NCBI GenBank assembly: GCA_021848545.1
Contig: JAJZUL010000014.1
Coordinates: 1,430 to 65,429 of the forward strand
Source: Pseudomonadota bacterium
GTDB lineage: Bacteria > Pseudomonadota > Alphaproteobacteria > Rhodospirillales > Magnetospirillaceae
Length of the DNA stretch: 64,000 bases
Direction: 5' to 3'
Positions 52,023 through 63,560 of this stretch are shown here, piece by piece. A program made the translations under genes and the position numbers. How positions within the stretch are numbered: position 1 is the first letter of the stretch; every line of letters begins with the position of its first letter. The notes under the pieces are model-generated. The model was not told the DNA's origin and did no database searches. It saw nothing but the letters and a program-made list of their open reading frames with translations.

Positions 52023-53259
52023 AGCGCAGCGCCTCGACCGGATCGAGCTTGGCGGCACGCCACGCCGGGTAGAGGGTCGCCGCAAAGGACAGGCCCAAGG
52101 ACATCAGGACGACGACGATCACCTCGTGGGGCTCCACGCGTGCCGGGATCTGGGTCAGAAAGTAGATTTCGGAGGAAAACAGATTGCGTCCGATGATCCC
52201 TTGTATGAATTCCCGAATCGCTTCGATGTTGTCCGCGAACCAGACGCCCAGGGCTAGGCCGAACGCGGTTCCCGCGACGCCGATAGAGGCGCCGGCCAAC
52301 AGGAAAATGCGCATGATCATGCCGCGTGTGGCGCCCATGGTCCTTAGGATGGCTATGGCTTGTCCCTTATCCTTCACCAGCATGATGAGGCTGGAAATGA
52401 TGTTGAAGGCGGCAACGAGGATCATCAGGGTCAGGATCAGGAACATGACGTTCCGTTCCACCTGGATCGCATTGAAGTAGCTTGAATTGGCCTGCTGCCA
52501 ATCGGTGATAAGCAGTCTGCCGGGATCCAGTTGGGCGATGCGCCGGCCGACCGATGGCACCATGTCGGGGTTGTGGAGAAAGACTTCGATATCCGAGACG
52601 GCGCCGGGGAACCGGAAAAATCGCTGCGCTTCGGTCAAAGGCATGAAAACGAACGTTGAATCGTATTCATACATGCCGACATTGAAGGTGCCGACCACCG
52701 TATAGGAGCGCATGCGGGGAACGGTGCCGAAGGCGGTGGTGATGCCCTTGGGAGAGATCAGGGTGATGCGGTCGCCGATGCCTACCCCCAGCTTCTGAGC
52801 CAGGCGGTAGCCCAGCACCACCGCGTTGTCGCCCTCATATTGGGCCGGATTTCCCTGGAAATGTTTGCGGATCAGGGGCTGCCACAGCAAATCGGCCCCT
52901 CGCATGCCGCGCACAAGGGCGCCGGAGGCCCCGCTTGGCGACGTAACCATGACTTGGCCCTGGATTGTGGGGATGGCCCGGGCCACTTCGGGGATGTCGC
53001 CGATGGATTTGCTCAGGCGATTGAAATCGGTAAGGGCCGGTCCGCTGGAATAGACGCCGATATGGCCGTTGATGCCGAGAATTCGGCCAAGCAAATCGTG
53101 GCGGAAGCCGTTCATGACCGCCATCACCACGATCAGCGTCGCGACGCCCAGGCCGATTCCCAGCAAAGAGAACCCGGCGATGACCGAGATAAACCCTTCC
53201 TTGCGTCTGGCCCGCAGATAACGGAAGGCCACCATTCGTTCAAAGGCGCCGAACACCAT
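52015..53259 (-). CDS. lolE: lipoprotein-releasing ABC transporter permease (LolC/LolE family)
   Basis: 414 aa. [43 protein letters not shown]-terminus, MacB-like periplasmic domain, C-terminal FtsX domain. Confidence 0.9.
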   Translation of the reverse strand: MVFGAFERMVAFRYLRARRKEGFISVIAGFSLLGIGLGVATLIVVMAVMNGFRHDLLGRILGINGHIGVYSSGPALTDFNRLSKSIGDIPEVARAIPTIQGQVMVTSPSGASGALVRGMRGADLLWQPLIRKHFQGNPAQYEGDNAVVLGYRLAQKLGVGIGDRITLISPKGITTAFGTVPRMRSYTVVGTFNVGMYEYDSTFVFMPLTEAQRFFRFPGAVSDIEVFLHNPDMVPSVGRRIAQLDPGRLLITDWQQANSSYFNAIQVERNVMFLILTLMILVAAFNIISSLIMLVKDKGQAIAILRTMGATRGMIMRIFLLAGASIGVAGTAFGLALGVWFADNIEAIREFIQGIIGRNLFSSEIYFLTQIPARVEPHEVIVVVLMSLGLSFAATLYPAWRAAKLDPVEALRYE

Positions 53260-53295
53260 GGCGTTTTATTCCTTATTCCCGCTTTGAAAGGTGCT

Positions 53296-54585
53296 TCAGG
53301 CGGTTAGACGGGCCAGTGCCGATTCCAGGGACAGCTCCTGTTTTTCGCCACTATACCGGTTTTTGAGTTCGACGATCCCCGCGGCCACGCCTTTGGGGCC
53401 GACCACCAACTGCCAGGGCACGCCGATCAGATCCATGTCGGCGAATTTGACCCCGGCCCGCTCGTCACGATCATCGTAAAGGACTTCCAGCCCATGGTCC
53501 GAGAGCGCGCGGTACACATCCTCGCACACGCCGTCGCAGCGCGAATCGCCGCTCTTCAGATTGATGATGCCGACGGCGAACGGCGCGACCGCTTCCGGCC
53601 AAATGATGCCGCGATCGTCATGGGAGGACTCGATGATGGCGCCCACCAGTCGCGAAACGCCGATTCCGTAAGAGCCCATTTCCAGGGTGACGGGAGCGCC
53701 GTCGGGGCCGGTGACCACGGCGTTCATCGCCTTGCTGTATTTGGTCCCGAAATAGAAGATATGTCCCACCTCGATTCCGCGGGCGGTCTTGAGCCGGTCC
53801 GGCGGCGGAACGTTCGCCGCGTTGGGGTCGTGTTTCTCGTCGGTAACCGCATACAGGCGCGACAGCGAATCGAGATCGATGTCGCCCCGGGCCGCCAATT
53901 CGTCATAGGCGACATCGTAAAACACGCCGCTTTCCCCGGTCTCGGCCAGGATATGGAATTCATGGGACAGATTGCCGCCGATCGCTCCCGGGTCGGCCTG
54001 CATCGGGATGGCGGTCAGCCCCATGCGTTTGAATGTCTTTAGATACGCGGTGAACATCGTCTCGTAAGACTTTCTTGCGCCTTCATAATCAATGTCAAAG
54101 GAATAGCTGTCCTTCATCAGGAATTCGCGTCCGCGCATCACGCCGAAACGGGGACGCACCTCGTCCCGGAACTTCCATTGAATGTGATAGAGAATTTTAG
54201 GCAGGTCGCGGTAGCTGCGTATGTTGTCGCGGACGATCTGGGTGATCAGTTCCTCGTTGGTGGGACCGTAGAGCATTTCGCGGTCATGACGGTCGACGAT
54301 ACGCAGCATTTCCTTGCCATAGGCGTCGTAGCGCCCGCTTTCCCGCCACAATTCGGCCGGCTGGATGGTCGGCATCAGCAATTCCTGGGCGCCGGCCCGG
54401 TCCTGTTCCTCGCGAACGATCGTCTCGATCTTCCTGAGAACCTTCAGGCCGAGGGGAAGCCAGCTATAGATGCCGGCCGAGGACTGGCGGATCATCCCTG
54501 AGCGCAACATCAGGCGATGGGAGGCGATTTGCGCCTCGGCGGGAATCTCCTTGAGGGTGGGCAAAAAGTAGGCGGAGAGGCGCAT
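53296..54585 (-). CDS. proS: proline--tRNA ligase (short alphaproteobacterial type)
   Basis: [34 protein letters not shown], class II motifs ([17 protein letters not shown]), and an anticodon-binding C-domain. Start at 54585. Confidence 0.95.
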   Translation of the reverse strand: MRLSAYFLPTLKEIPAEAQIASHRLMLRSGMIRQSSAGIYSWLPLGLKVLRKIETIVREEQDRAGAQELLMPTIQPAELWRESGRYDAYGKEMLRIVDRHDREMLYGPTNEELITQIVRDNIRSYRDLPKILYHIQWKFRDEVRPRFGVMRGREFLMKDSYSFDIDYEGARKSYETMFTAYLKTFKRMGLTAIPMQADPGAIGGNLSHEFHILAETGESGVFYDVAYDELAARGDIDLDSLSRLYAVTDEKHDPNAANVPPPDRLKTARGIEVGHIFYFGTKYSKAMNAVVTGPDGAPVTLEMGSYGIGVSRLVGAIIESSHDDRGIIWPEAVAPFAVGIINLKSGDSRCDGVCEDVYRALSDHGLEVLYDDRDERAGVKFADMDLIGVPWQLVVGPKGVAAGIVELKNRYSGEKQELSLESALARLTA

Positions 54586-54694
54586 CGACGGTCCTTGAGC
54601 GAGAAAGACGGCGGAAGAGTGGGAAACGTGCCGCCCGTGTCGGGCAGACTTTAGGCAATGGCCTGCGGGAAGGCAATGCGACCGGTGAGGCCCG

Positions 54695-55156
54695 TCAGAA
54701 CCCATGCTCGTGACAGGCGGCGGCAATGGCCTGGGCGTCGGTGTCGCTGATGGGCTTGCCGTCCAGAAGGACTTCACCGCTATCGAGATCAACCGTGACG
54801 TGGGCCACCGGCATCTGGGTGTTGGAAAATTCCTTCGCCGCCGTCGAGCTCGATGACCCGTGGATATTGAATGGGTTGAGAATCACTGGGAATTGAAGGG
54901 TCTTCGGCGGTGTCCAGGTGTTGCCGCCGGGAAGATCGGCCGGCGCGACCGGGTTGCCGTTCACATCGACTCCCGGCTCATAAGCGACGCCCGGCGGCTG
55001 GACATACCGGGTCACGGAGTCGCAGATTCGGCGATCGACCATGACTTTTCGCCCGTGGGCGGGCGCCCGATCGGCGGCTCTCGCGCCGGCACCCATGGCC
55101 ACGGCAAGGATCGCCAGGATCGGGGCGGATAAGGCGAGTCGCAGAACAGGGGACAT
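54695..55156 (-). CDS. hypothetical secreted protein
   Basis: Signal peptide [27 protein letters not shown], 153 aa, good GC3. No family recognised. Confidence 0.5.
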   Translation of the reverse strand: MSPVLRLALSAPILAILAVAMGAGARAADRAPAHGRKVMVDRRICDSVTRYVQPPGVAYEPGVDVNGNPVAPADLPGGNTWTPPKTLQFPVILNPFNIHGSSSSTAAKEFSNTQMPVAHVTVDLDSGEVLLDGKPISDTDAQAIAAACHEHGF

Positions 55157-55621
55157 CCCGGGCTCCCTTGGCTGGCAACAGACGGACCGATCCCGATTAT
55201 ATCGATCAATTCGTGTCGGTTTGAAGGGATTTCCGGGAAGGAGCGGCCAAGCGATTTCGGAAACGGCAAGGTCGGAATCCAACCTTGCCGTTACCCGTAT
55301 ATTTCACGCGATCACCGCAAACCCAACCCTGTAATGGGCTTAGCTGGCGCGCGCGCCTCCTCCCTAAACTTGAGCCGTATTTTTTAAGGGACGTTGTAGC
55401 CAACGCCCGTCGCCGTTATTCAGGCTCGGACGGCACTGTACGCAACTTCGTTCCCAGCGTCATCAAAAAATTTCATAAAAATTGCGCAATCCTCCGGGCG
55501 CGGGAAATAGACGGGAATCTCGATCGGAATCGCGTGCGAAAACGGGGGGGCGGACTGGTATCAAAGGCGGGGCGGCCGCATATGTGTCATCACGGGTCGA
55601 TGGCGCGCCGCGGAGGATGTC

Positions 55622-56272
55622 ATGCCGGTTTTCCATGTCGGGCGGGATCGTTTCGCCAAACAGATCATGGTGACGCCCGAAAATGCTTTGCCGGGGCGCC
55701 GGACGCCGATATCGGTTCAGTGCCGCCATACGGTGTTGGACGTGCCTTTGGCCCCGCCATTTCCTGACGGAACGGAGCGGGCCGTGTTCGCCATGGGATG
55801 TTTCTGGGGCGCGGAGAAACTGTTTTGGTCTTTGCCGGGCGTCGTCGTCACGGCTGTCGGCTATACGGCCGGGTTTACGCCCAATCCCACCTATGAAGAG
55901 GTTTGCAGCGGACGAACCGGACATACGGAGGCGGTGCTGGTGGTGTTCGATTCCGGGCGGATCGGATACGAGGCTCTGCTCCGTGCGTTTTGGGAGGGGC
56001 ACGACCCCACCCAGGGCATGCGGCAGGGGAACGATATCGGCACCCAGTATCGGTCCGGAATCTATGCGAGGGATGACCGTCAGCGCGCCGCGGCTGAAAC
56101 GTCTCGGGACAGTTATCAACGCCGGCTGACCGCCGGCGGTTTCGGCGGCATCACCACCGAGATCGTCGATGCGCCGCCATTTTATTATGCCGAGGATTAT
56201 CATCAGCAATATCTGGCGGACAACCCACGGGGCTATTGCGGTCTTGGCCGCACCGGCGTCTCGTTTGCATGA
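55622..56272 (+). CDS. msrA: peptide-methionine (S)-S-oxide reductase
   Basis: [16 protein letters not shown] active-site motif and YHQQYL. Alternative start ATG 55667. Confidence 0.9.
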   Translation: MPVFHVGRDRFAKQIMVTPENALPGRRTPISVQCRHTVLDVPLAPPFPDGTERAVFAMGCFWGAEKLFWSLPGVVVTAVGYTAGFTPNPTYEEVCSGRTGHTEAVLVVFDSGRIGYEALLRAFWEGHDPTQGMRQGNDIGTQYRSGIYARDDRQRAAAETSRDSYQRRLTAGGFGGITTEIVDAPPFYYAEDYHQQYLADNPRGYCGLGRTGVSFA

Positions 56273-56365
56273 GCGCGGGGCCGGACATCCGCTTGACGGC
56301 GCCGGGCGCTCCCTGCATGCTGCCCGCCTTGTCCGTCGCGCGCAGCATGTCCCGATAGCCTCCCG

Positions 56366-56968
56366 ATGTTTCTCCTGATAGATAATTTCGACAGCTTCAC
56401 TTACAACCTTTGGCACTACCTTGGTGAAATGGGGGCCGAGGTGGAGGTGCGGCGCAATGATGCCGTGAGCGTCGATGAGGCGTTGGCGATGGCGCCCGAA
56501 GGGATCGTCATTTCCCCAGGCCCCTGCGATCCGGATCGGGCCGGAATATGCCTGGATCTGATCGCGCGGGCCGCGGGGATCGTTCCCATCCTGGGTGTGT
56601 GTCTGGGCCACCAGGCCATCGGACAGGTCTTTGGCGGCACGGTCGTTCGCGCGCCGACCCCCATGCACGGGAAGGTCGACCATATCCATCACGACGGCAG
56701 CGGCCTCTTTGCCGGCATTCCTTCGCCGTTCCAAGCCACCCGCTACCACTCCCTGGTGGTCGACCGCGCCAGTCTGCCGCCGGTTTTGCGGATGACGGCC
56801 TGGAGTGAAGACGGATTGATCATGGGCTTGGCCCATCGTGATCTGCCGGTCTGGGGCGTGCAGTTCCACCCGGAAAGCATCGAGACGGAACACGGTCACC
56901 GTCTGCTGGGTAATTTCGTCGAGCGCTGCCGTCCCGCCGGGGATGGCGCCCACAAGCGCGTAGCCTGA
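56366..56968 (+). CDS. trpG: anthranilate synthase component II (glutamine amidotransferase)
   Basis: [25 protein letters not shown] triad motifs. Directly followed by trpD and trpC. Confidence 0.9.
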   Translation: MFLLIDNFDSFTYNLWHYLGEMGAEVEVRRNDAVSVDEALAMAPEGIVISPGPCDPDRAGICLDLIARAAGIVPILGVCLGHQAIGQVFGGTVVRAPTPMHGKVDHIHHDGSGLFAGIPSPFQATRYHSLVVDRASLPPVLRMTAWSEDGLIMGLAHRDLPVWGVQFHPESIETEHGHRLLGNFVERCRPAGDGAHKRVA

Positions 56969-56970
56969 AC

Positions 56971-58026
56971 ATGTCCGACCAGACTTTACCGTCCGGTTTT
57001 GATCTGATGAAAGCGGTTTTGGGGCGCATCGCCGGCGGCCATCGCTTGTCCGTCGCCGAAAGTGAGCAGGTTTTCGACGTCCTGATGTCGGGCGGCGCCA
57101 CGCCGGTTCAAGTCGGCGGATTGCTGATGGCGTTGCGCATGCGCGGGGAAACCGTCGAGGAAATCACCGGCGCGGCCCAGGTGATGCGGGCCAAGGCCGT
57201 GCATATGGAGGCGCCGGCCGGCGCCATCGACACTTGTGGAACCGGTGGCGACGGGGCAGGGACCTACAACATTTCGACGGCAACCGCATTCGTGGTGGCG
57301 GCCTGCGGCGTGCCGGTCGCCAAACACGGCAACCGCGCCATGTCGTCCAAATCGGGGTCGGCGGATGTTCTGGCGGCGCTGGGCGTCAATATCATGGCGG
57401 ATATGGCTTTGGTCCGGGAATCCCTGTGGACCGCCAATCTCGGTTTCCTGATGGCGCCGCGGCACCACGACGCCACCCGCCACGTCTCGGCGGCAAGGGC
57501 CGAGCTGGGAACGCGCACTATTTTCAATCTGTTGGGTCCGCTTTCCAACCCCGCCGGCACCACCCGGCAAGTGGTCGGTGTCTTTTCCGATCATTGGGTG
57601 CGGCCGCTGGCCGAAGTTCTCGGGCGGTTGGGCGCGGAGCGGGCCTGGGTCATTCACGGCGCCGACGGGCTGGACGAATTGACCACGACCGCGTCGTCCC
57701 TGGTGGCCGAATGGCGGAACGGAGAGGTGCGGGTCTTCGAGGTCATGCCGGAGGCGGCCGGCTTGCCGCGGGCCCGTCCCGAGGACTTGCGCGGCGGTGA
57801 TGCCGCTGAAAATGCGGCGGCGCTATTGGCAATTCTCAAGGGTGAGCGGAACGCTTATCGGGATATAGTGTTGCTCAACGCCGCCGCCGCCCTGATCGTC
57901 GCCGACAAAGCCGAGGATCTGGCCGGTGCCGCGGCAATGGCGGCCGAGGCGATCGATAGCGGGCGGGCGCAAGCCGTCTTGGACCGCTTGGTGGCCATTA
58001 CCAACAGACCGCCCGCGCAATCCTGA
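56971..58026 (+). CDS. trpD: anthranilate phosphoribosyltransferase
   Basis: [36 protein letters not shown] motifs. Confidence 0.95.
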   Translation: MSDQTLPSGFDLMKAVLGRIAGGHRLSVAESEQVFDVLMSGGATPVQVGGLLMALRMRGETVEEITGAAQVMRAKAVHMEAPAGAIDTCGTGGDGAGTYNISTATAFVVAACGVPVAKHGNRAMSSKSGSADVLAALGVNIMADMALVRESLWTANLGFLMAPRHHDATRHVSAARAELGTRTIFNLLGPLSNPAGTTRQVVGVFSDHWVRPLAEVLGRLGAERAWVIHGADGLDELTTTASSLVAEWRNGEVRVFEVMPEAAGLPRARPEDLRGGDAAENAAALLAILKGERNAYRDIVLLNAAAALIVADKAEDLAGAAAMAAEAIDSGRAQAVLDRLVAITNRPPAQS

Positions 58027-58052
58027 TTTGTTTTTGCCAAGGATTTTTCGCC

Positions 58053-58874
58053 ATGGGAGAGCCCGCGACCGTTCTCGACCGTATCTGTAACGATAAAAGA
58101 AAGCAGGTGGCGGAGCAGAAAGGCCGGCGCTCCATCCAGGAGTTGCTGCGCCGCGCCGCCGATCAGGCGCCGCCACGAGGGTTTCGCGCCGCGCTGGAAC
58201 GCTCGATCGCTAAAATCGGCATCGGGCTGATCGCCGAAATCAAGAAGGCGTCGCCCTCCGCCGGAATTATTCGGCCCAATTTCAATCCGGCGGTCTTGGC
58301 CAGAGCCTATGCCCATGGCGGTGCCGCGTGTCTGTCGGTGTTGACGGACCAACGTTTTTTTCAAGGCTCCGAGGCTGATTTGGGGGCGGCGCGGTCGGCC
58401 TGTGATCTTCCCGTGCTGCGCAAGGATTTCATGGTCGACCCTTATCAGGTGGTCGAGGCCCGGGCGTTGGGCGCGGACTGTATCCTGTTGATCGCGGCGT
58501 CCTTGTCCGACGCGGAAATGGCGCAGATGGAGGATATCGCCCTCGGCTACGGTATGGACGTTCTGGTCGAGGTGCATGACGAGGCGGAAATGGAACGCGC
58601 CCTCCGATTGAAAACACCCCTGATCGGCATTAACAACCGTGATCTCAAGATCATGAAGACCGATATCGCGAACACTGAACGATTGGCGGGTATGGTGCCT
58701 GCCGACCGGCTGCTGGTGTCGGAAAGCGGAATCGATAGCCCCGTGGATATTCGGCGCCTGGCCGCGGCGGGAGCCAAAGCGTTCCTGGTCGGCGAATCGC
58801 TGTTGCGCCGCGCCGATGTGGAGACGGCGGTCCGGGTCTTGTTGGCGGGGGCTGGGGGGCAGGCCACGGGATGA
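58053..58874 (+). CDS. trpC: indole-3-glycerol phosphate synthase
   Basis: [38 protein letters not shown] motifs. Confidence 0.95.
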   Translation: MGEPATVLDRICNDKRKQVAEQKGRRSIQELLRRAADQAPPRGFRAALERSIAKIGIGLIAEIKKASPSAGIIRPNFNPAVLARAYAHGGAACLSVLTDQRFFQGSEADLGAARSACDLPVLRKDFMVDPYQVVEARALGADCILLIAASLSDAEMAQMEDIALGYGMDVLVEVHDEAEMERALRLKTPLIGINNRDLKIMKTDIANTERLAGMVPADRLLVSESGIDSPVDIRRLAAAGAKAFLVGESLLRRADVETAVRVLLAGAGGQATG

Positions 58875-59368
58875 GCGACGAAAAGGGCGCCACGCCCGAT
58901 TTGACCCATTTCGATAGCGGCGGCAACGCCGTGATGGTGGATGTTTCGGCCAAGGGCGAAAGCGAACGGGTGGCGGTGGCCCGGGGGCTTGTGATCATGA
59001 AAGGGGAAACCCTCGCCTTGATCGCCGAACGGCGCATCGAAAAAGGCGACCCTTTGGCCGTCGCCCAATTGGCGGGCATCATGGCCGCCAAGCGCACGCC
59101 GGACCTTATTCCCCTTTGTCATCCCCTGGCGTTGACCGCGGTTACCGTTGATCTTGCCCTCGATCATGAGCGGTGCGCGGTGGCCATCGAGGCGACGTGT
59201 CGCCTGAAAGGTCGGACAGGCGTGGAAATGGAGGCATTGACCGCCGTTTCCGTAGCCGCCTTGACCATCTATGACATGCTCAAGGCCGTGGACAAGTCCA
59301 TGCGCGTCACCGATATCCGCCTTGTTCACAAATCGGGCGGGAAATCAGGTCTCTGGCAAGCCGAATAA
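58871..59368 (+). CDS. moaC: cyclic pyranopterin monophosphate synthase
   Basis: [34 protein letters not shown] motifs. ATGA overlap with trpC. Confidence 0.95.
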   Translation: MSDEKGATPDLTHFDSGGNAVMVDVSAKGESERVAVARGLVIMKGETLALIAERRIEKGDPLAVAQLAGIMAAKRTPDLIPLCHPLALTAVTVDLALDHERCAVAIEATCRLKGRTGVEMEALTAVSVAALTIYDMLKAVDKSMRVTDIRLVHKSGGKSGLWQAE

Positions 59369-59380
59369 GGAGGGAAATCG

Positions 59381-60583
59381 ATGATTTCCGTCGAAACCGC
59401 ACGGTCGCAAATCGTGGCGGCCGCCGCGCCGCTTCCCGCCGAACAGGTGGCCTTGTCTCAAGCGCGGGGGCGCGTCTTGGCCGGCGATCTGGCGGCGCGG
59501 GTCAATCACCCACCGCTGGCGGTGTCCAGCATGGATGGTTGGGCGATACGGGCGGCCGATTGCCAGGCTGCGCCGGCCACGCTGGCCATCATCGGGGAGT
59601 CGGCCGCGGGCAAGCCCTTTGACGGAAATGTCGGGCCGGGACAAGCGGTCCGCATTTTCACCGGGGCGCCGATGCCCGCCGGTGCCGACGCGGTCGTTCG
59701 TCAGGAAGACGCCGAGCGGCGCGGGGGGGAGGTGGTGGTCGGAACCGCCGTGCCGCCGGGGAAATATGTGCGTACGCCGGGCCTTGATTTTGCCGTCGGC
59801 GACGTTCTGTTGAGGTCGGGTACGGTGCTGGGGCCTCGTCAAATCGGTTTGGCGGCGGCGATGAATCTGGTGTGGCTGCCGGTGCGTCGACGGCCGCGGG
59901 TGGCCATCTTGTCAACCGGCGACGAAATCCGGATGCCGGGGGAACCGTTGGGAGAGGCGCAGATACCTGGATCCAACGGTCCCGCCCTGGTAGCGCTGAT
60001 CGAGGCCCATGGCGGCGAAGCCGTCGATCTGGGCATTGCCCAGGATAGCCGTCAGTCGATCTCGGCGCTGTTGGCCGGTGCCGCCGGCGTGGATTTGCTG
60101 GTGACGTCCGGGGGCGCTTCGGTCGGGGATTACGATCTGGTCCAGGATGCGCTTGCCGAGTCCGGTTTCATCCTGGATTTCTGGAAAATCGCCATGCGGC
60201 CGGGCAAGCCTTTGATGTTCGGTCGTTTGCGGGATATTCCGGTGCTCGGTCTGCCCGGCAACCCCGTGTCGGCCCTGGTGGCCGCGCTGTTGTTCCTGGT
60301 GCCGATGCTACGCGGCTTTCAGGGATTGCCGACAGATCCGCCGTTGGCCACCGCGCGTCTGGGGTGCGCCTTGCCCGCCAATGGCGAGCGTGAGGCCTTT
60401 CTTCGCGGCAGTCTTGCGTTCGACGCCGACGGGATGGGCGTGGCGACACCCTTCGACAAACAGGATTCGGCGGTACTGTCGGGGATGAGCGCGGCCGATG
60501 TGCTGATCATCCGTCCCGTGGACGCGCCCGCGGCCGAAGCCGGCGACAAGGTTCGGATTCTGCCTTTGGAAAGCTGGGCGTAA
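59381..60583 (+). CDS. moeA: molybdopterin molybdotransferase
   Basis: SSMDGWA, STGDE, TSGGASVGDYD, GLPGNPVS motifs. Confidence 0.9.
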   Translation: MISVETARSQIVAAAAPLPAEQVALSQARGRVLAGDLAARVNHPPLAVSSMDGWAIRAADCQAAPATLAIIGESAAGKPFDGNVGPGQAVRIFTGAPMPAGADAVVRQEDAERRGGEVVVGTAVPPGKYVRTPGLDFAVGDVLLRSGTVLGPRQIGLAAAMNLVWLPVRRRPRVAILSTGDEIRMPGEPLGEAQIPGSNGPALVALIEAHGGEAVDLGIAQDSRQSISALLAGAAGVDLLVTSGGASVGDYDLVQDALAESGFILDFWKIAMRPGKPLMFGRLRDIPVLGLPGNPVSALVAALLFLVPMLRGFQGLPTDPPLATARLGCALPANGEREAFLRGSLAFDADGMGVATPFDKQDSAVLSGMSAADVLIIRPVDAPAAEAGDKVRILPLESWA

Positions 60584-60813
60584 TCCGGTCAACAGCCGAC
60601 TTTCGTGTAATTAGAAGAAAGAGCAATGCAAGGCTATAAGAGTCATCGCTCATAGCAAAGCGGCGGCATATTATTATGATTTTCTAATTTACCCATTGGT
60701 ATATAGGGTGCCACAAAGGATTAATGTGGCGGTATGCACATGCCCGAATGACAGGTGTTCACGATTTCGTTACCATTGCTCACTACCCCAATGGATAAAA
60801 GGAATGGGTGACC

Positions 60814-61692
60814 ATGCGGAAGCTGTTTTTGCTTGCCACTGCGACGACGGTCGTGGCGGGGCTCATCGGCACCGGCTGTGCCACGGCGGCTCATGCCGAT
60901 GTCAGCTTGGCGGTGGCCGCGCCCCGCGGCGCCGTCAAGGCTCTCACCAAATGGGAACCGTTTGCCAAGTACCTGCAAAGCAAAATCGGCACTCCGGTGA
61001 AAGTTATTCCCGAGTCTGCCAAGAAACTGGAAGCGTCCATCAACGATAAGACGGTTGATTATGCGCTTTGCAATCCAGTCCAGGCGGTCATGGTCCATCA
61101 GATGTCCGGGGCGAAGTATCTTGCCAGCCTGGTGACCGATACCGGCAAGAAGTTCGGCGGCGTGATTGTCGCCAATCCCAAATCCGGAGTTACCAAAGGC
61201 ATTCAGCTGAAGGGTAAACGGGTCATTGGCATGGCAAAGGCGGCTGCCGGGGGATATCTGTTTCAGGCGTACGAATTGAAGAAGGATGGGCTGGACGTGC
61301 CCGCGGCTTTCGGTTCGTACCGGGTGATCAAGAATCAGGATGACGCGGTCCTGGCCGTCAAGGCCGGGCTTGCCGATGCCGCCTTCGTACGGACCGGCAT
61401 CGTCGAATCGCTGATCGCCGCCGGAAAAATGAAGAAGGGGGACGTGGTGATCGTCGACGCCAAGTCCGGCTTTCCTCAGGCGCTGTCCACCACCCTGTAT
61501 CCCGAATGGTATTTGGTGCAGTCCAATAAGGCCGATCCCAATGCCGCGAAGGTCAAAGCCGCCGCTTTGGCGTTGACTCCCAATTCCCCGGCGGCCAAGG
61601 CGGCCAAGATCAAGGGCTTTGATGAACCGGTCAATGCTGGTGACACGGTGACCATGATGAAGGCGATGAAAGTGCCTCCGTTCAATAAGTGA
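60814..61692 (+). CDS. periplasmic substrate-binding protein, PhnD-like (phosphate/phosphonate ABC-type PBP fold)
   Basis: Signal peptide MRKLFLLATATTVVAGLIGTGCATAAHA. Pattern ...KWEPFAKYLQSKIGTPVKV..., GGVIVANPKSGV, GYLFQ. No ABC permease or ATPase gene lies nearby. ATG 60814 preferred (alternative GTG 60808). Confidence 0.7.
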   Translation: MRKLFLLATATTVVAGLIGTGCATAAHADVSLAVAAPRGAVKALTKWEPFAKYLQSKIGTPVKVIPESAKKLEASINDKTVDYALCNPVQAVMVHQMSGAKYLASLVTDTGKKFGGVIVANPKSGVTKGIQLKGKRVIGMAKAAAGGYLFQAYELKKDGLDVPAAFGSYRVIKNQDDAVLAVKAGLADAAFVRTGIVESLIAAGKMKKGDVVIVDAKSGFPQALSTTLYPEWYLVQSNKADPNAAKVKAAALALTPNSPAAKAAKIKGFDEPVNAGDTVTMMKAMKVPPFNK

Positions 61693-61819
61693 TCCATGCA
61701 AGGCGGCTCTGCCCGTCGGTTCGGGTGGGGCCGTCGCTGCCGATCGTCGGGACGGCGGACGGTGATTTGGGGTTTCGATAGCGGGGGCGCGGCACTTGGT
61801 TCGCGACGAGGTCAAGACG

Positions 61820-63487
61820 ATGAGATTGTCCGTCGGTGTAAAATTCAACATTCCCCTGGCGATCGCCGTATTCGTGTTTCTTGCCGCGAGCGGTGTGACC
61901 CAGGTGTTTGTTTTACGGAACGCCCTTGGCGATCTGAGCGGGCAGGTCGGTGCGATATTGAGCGCGGTTCATAACCGCGACACCGCTTCTCGACAGCATT
62001 CGGCGCAGGTCAAAATGGAGGGCATGGCCAATCTTCTGGCGGAGATCGCGCCGCAGGCGATCGCCAATTTCGACCTGACATCGCTGGGCAAATACGCCAG
62101 TGTCGCCGTAAAGGACCCGGAAATAGCCTATGTCGCCTTTAAGACGCCGACGGGGCAGGTGATGGCGGCGGCGGGAAAGGCGGTCAGCGGTGGCAAGACG
62201 ATCGTTCGCCCTGTTCTCGCCGATAGCCAAAAGCTGGGGACGGTCATCGTCAAAAGCTCTCCCGAGCCGTTGATCCAGGCCCTGGCCAAGGAGGATCGGT
62301 GGGCTTCGGCGCAAAAGGGGGCTCTGGAACAGAAATCCTTGGCGTTCCAGAGTCATTCGACCAGCCTTGCGGCGATTCTCGCCGTGGCGTTTTCGGCGGT
62401 GCTGGTGATCGTCGCCCTCGTCCTTGCGCGGGTTTTGTTGGTCAAGCCCCTGGAAGATATGGCCGGCACCATGACGGCTTTGGCCGATGGCAACCTCGAC
62501 GTTTCGATTCCACACTCCAACCGCAACGACGAGATCGGCGATATGGCCCGGACCGTCGGAGTGTTCAGGGATAATGGTCGCAAGGTGGCGGCGTTGACCA
62601 CCGAGCGCGAAGCGAGCGAACGCGCGGCCGAGGCCGAGCGGCATGCCACTCTGGCCCGCATCGCCGACGTCTTTGAAAAAGATGTGGTGGCGGTGGTGCA
62701 AAGGGTGACGACGGCCGTCACCAAGATGCAGGATGACACGGGACGCATGGCCGACAACAACGCCCGCGTATCCAGCCAGGCCATCGACGTCGAGAACGGC
62801 GCCCAATCGGCCGCCGCCGGCGCCCAGGCGGTTGCCGCGGCAGCCGAGGAATTGACCCGCTCCATCGATGAAATTTCGCGTCAGGCGAAACGCTCCGGCT
62901 CGATGAGCGCAAGTGCCGTCGGCGAAGTGGAGCGGACCAACGAACTGGTCACCGAACTGGAAAACGAGGCGCGCAAGGTCGGCGACATCCTGACACTGAT
63001 CAACGACATCGCCGGACAGACCAATCTGCTGGCTCTGAACGCCACGATCGAAGCGGCCCGCGCGGGGGAAGCGGGGAAAGGATTCGCCGTGGTGGCGGGG
63101 GAAGTCAAATCCCTGGCCCATCAAACGGCTCAGGCCACCGACGACATCGCCGCCCGGATCGCCGCCATCCAGCGTCAGATCGGCGATTCCGCCGTCGCGA
63201 TCAAGGGATTCGGCGAGATTATCCGCAACGTCACCGATATCACCGGTCAGATCGCGCAGGCGATGGAGCAACAGGACTCGGCGACCCACGAAATCGCTTC
63301 GAATGTCGAAACCACGGCGCAAAGCACGGGAAGCGTGTCCAGCAACATCGCCCTGGTTCGCCAGGAGGCGGAGGAAACCAGCCGGGAGGCGGTCCTGGTC
63401 CGCGACGAGGCGGCCAAAGTGGCGGCGCATGTCGGCGATCTTGAGGAGCGTATCCTGGCCTTCGTCAAAAGCGTCCGCGCCATGTGA
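61820..63487 (+). CDS. methyl-accepting chemotaxis protein
   Basis: TM1, a periplasmic region of about 170 aa, TM2, HAMP, and a signalling domain with [37 protein letters not shown]. Confidence 0.9.
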   Translation: MRLSVGVKFNIPLAIAVFVFLAASGVTQVFVLRNALGDLSGQVGAILSAVHNRDTASRQHSAQVKMEGMANLLAEIAPQAIANFDLTSLGKYASVAVKDPEIAYVAFKTPTGQVMAAAGKAVSGGKTIVRPVLADSQKLGTVIVKSSPEPLIQALAKEDRWASAQKGALEQKSLAFQSHSTSLAAILAVAFSAVLVIVALVLARVLLVKPLEDMAGTMTALADGNLDVSIPHSNRNDEIGDMARTVGVFRDNGRKVAALTTEREASERAAEAERHATLARIADVFEKDVVAVVQRVTTAVTKMQDDTGRMADNNARVSSQAIDVENGAQSAAAGAQAVAAAAEELTRSIDEISRQAKRSGSMSASAVGEVERTNELVTELENEARKVGDILTLINDIAGQTNLLALNATIEAARAGEAGKGFAVVAGEVKSLAHQTAQATDDIAARIAAIQRQIGDSAVAIKGFGEIIRNVTDITGQIAQAMEQQDSATHEIASNVETTAQSTGSVSSNIALVRQEAEETSREAVLVRDEAAKVAAHVGDLEERILAFVKSVRAM

Positions 63488-63560
63488 TGCCGGCGGTCGT
63501 TCCGACCGGCCGCCCAACTTGTCCCTTGATGTGTTGGCCGCGTTCAAACGGGAAGGAATC

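Noticed and set aside
55285-55767. 160-aa plus-strand ORF upstream of and overlapping msrA
   Set aside because: It is out of frame with msrA, has no RBS or family features, and crosses hairpin and T-run structures.
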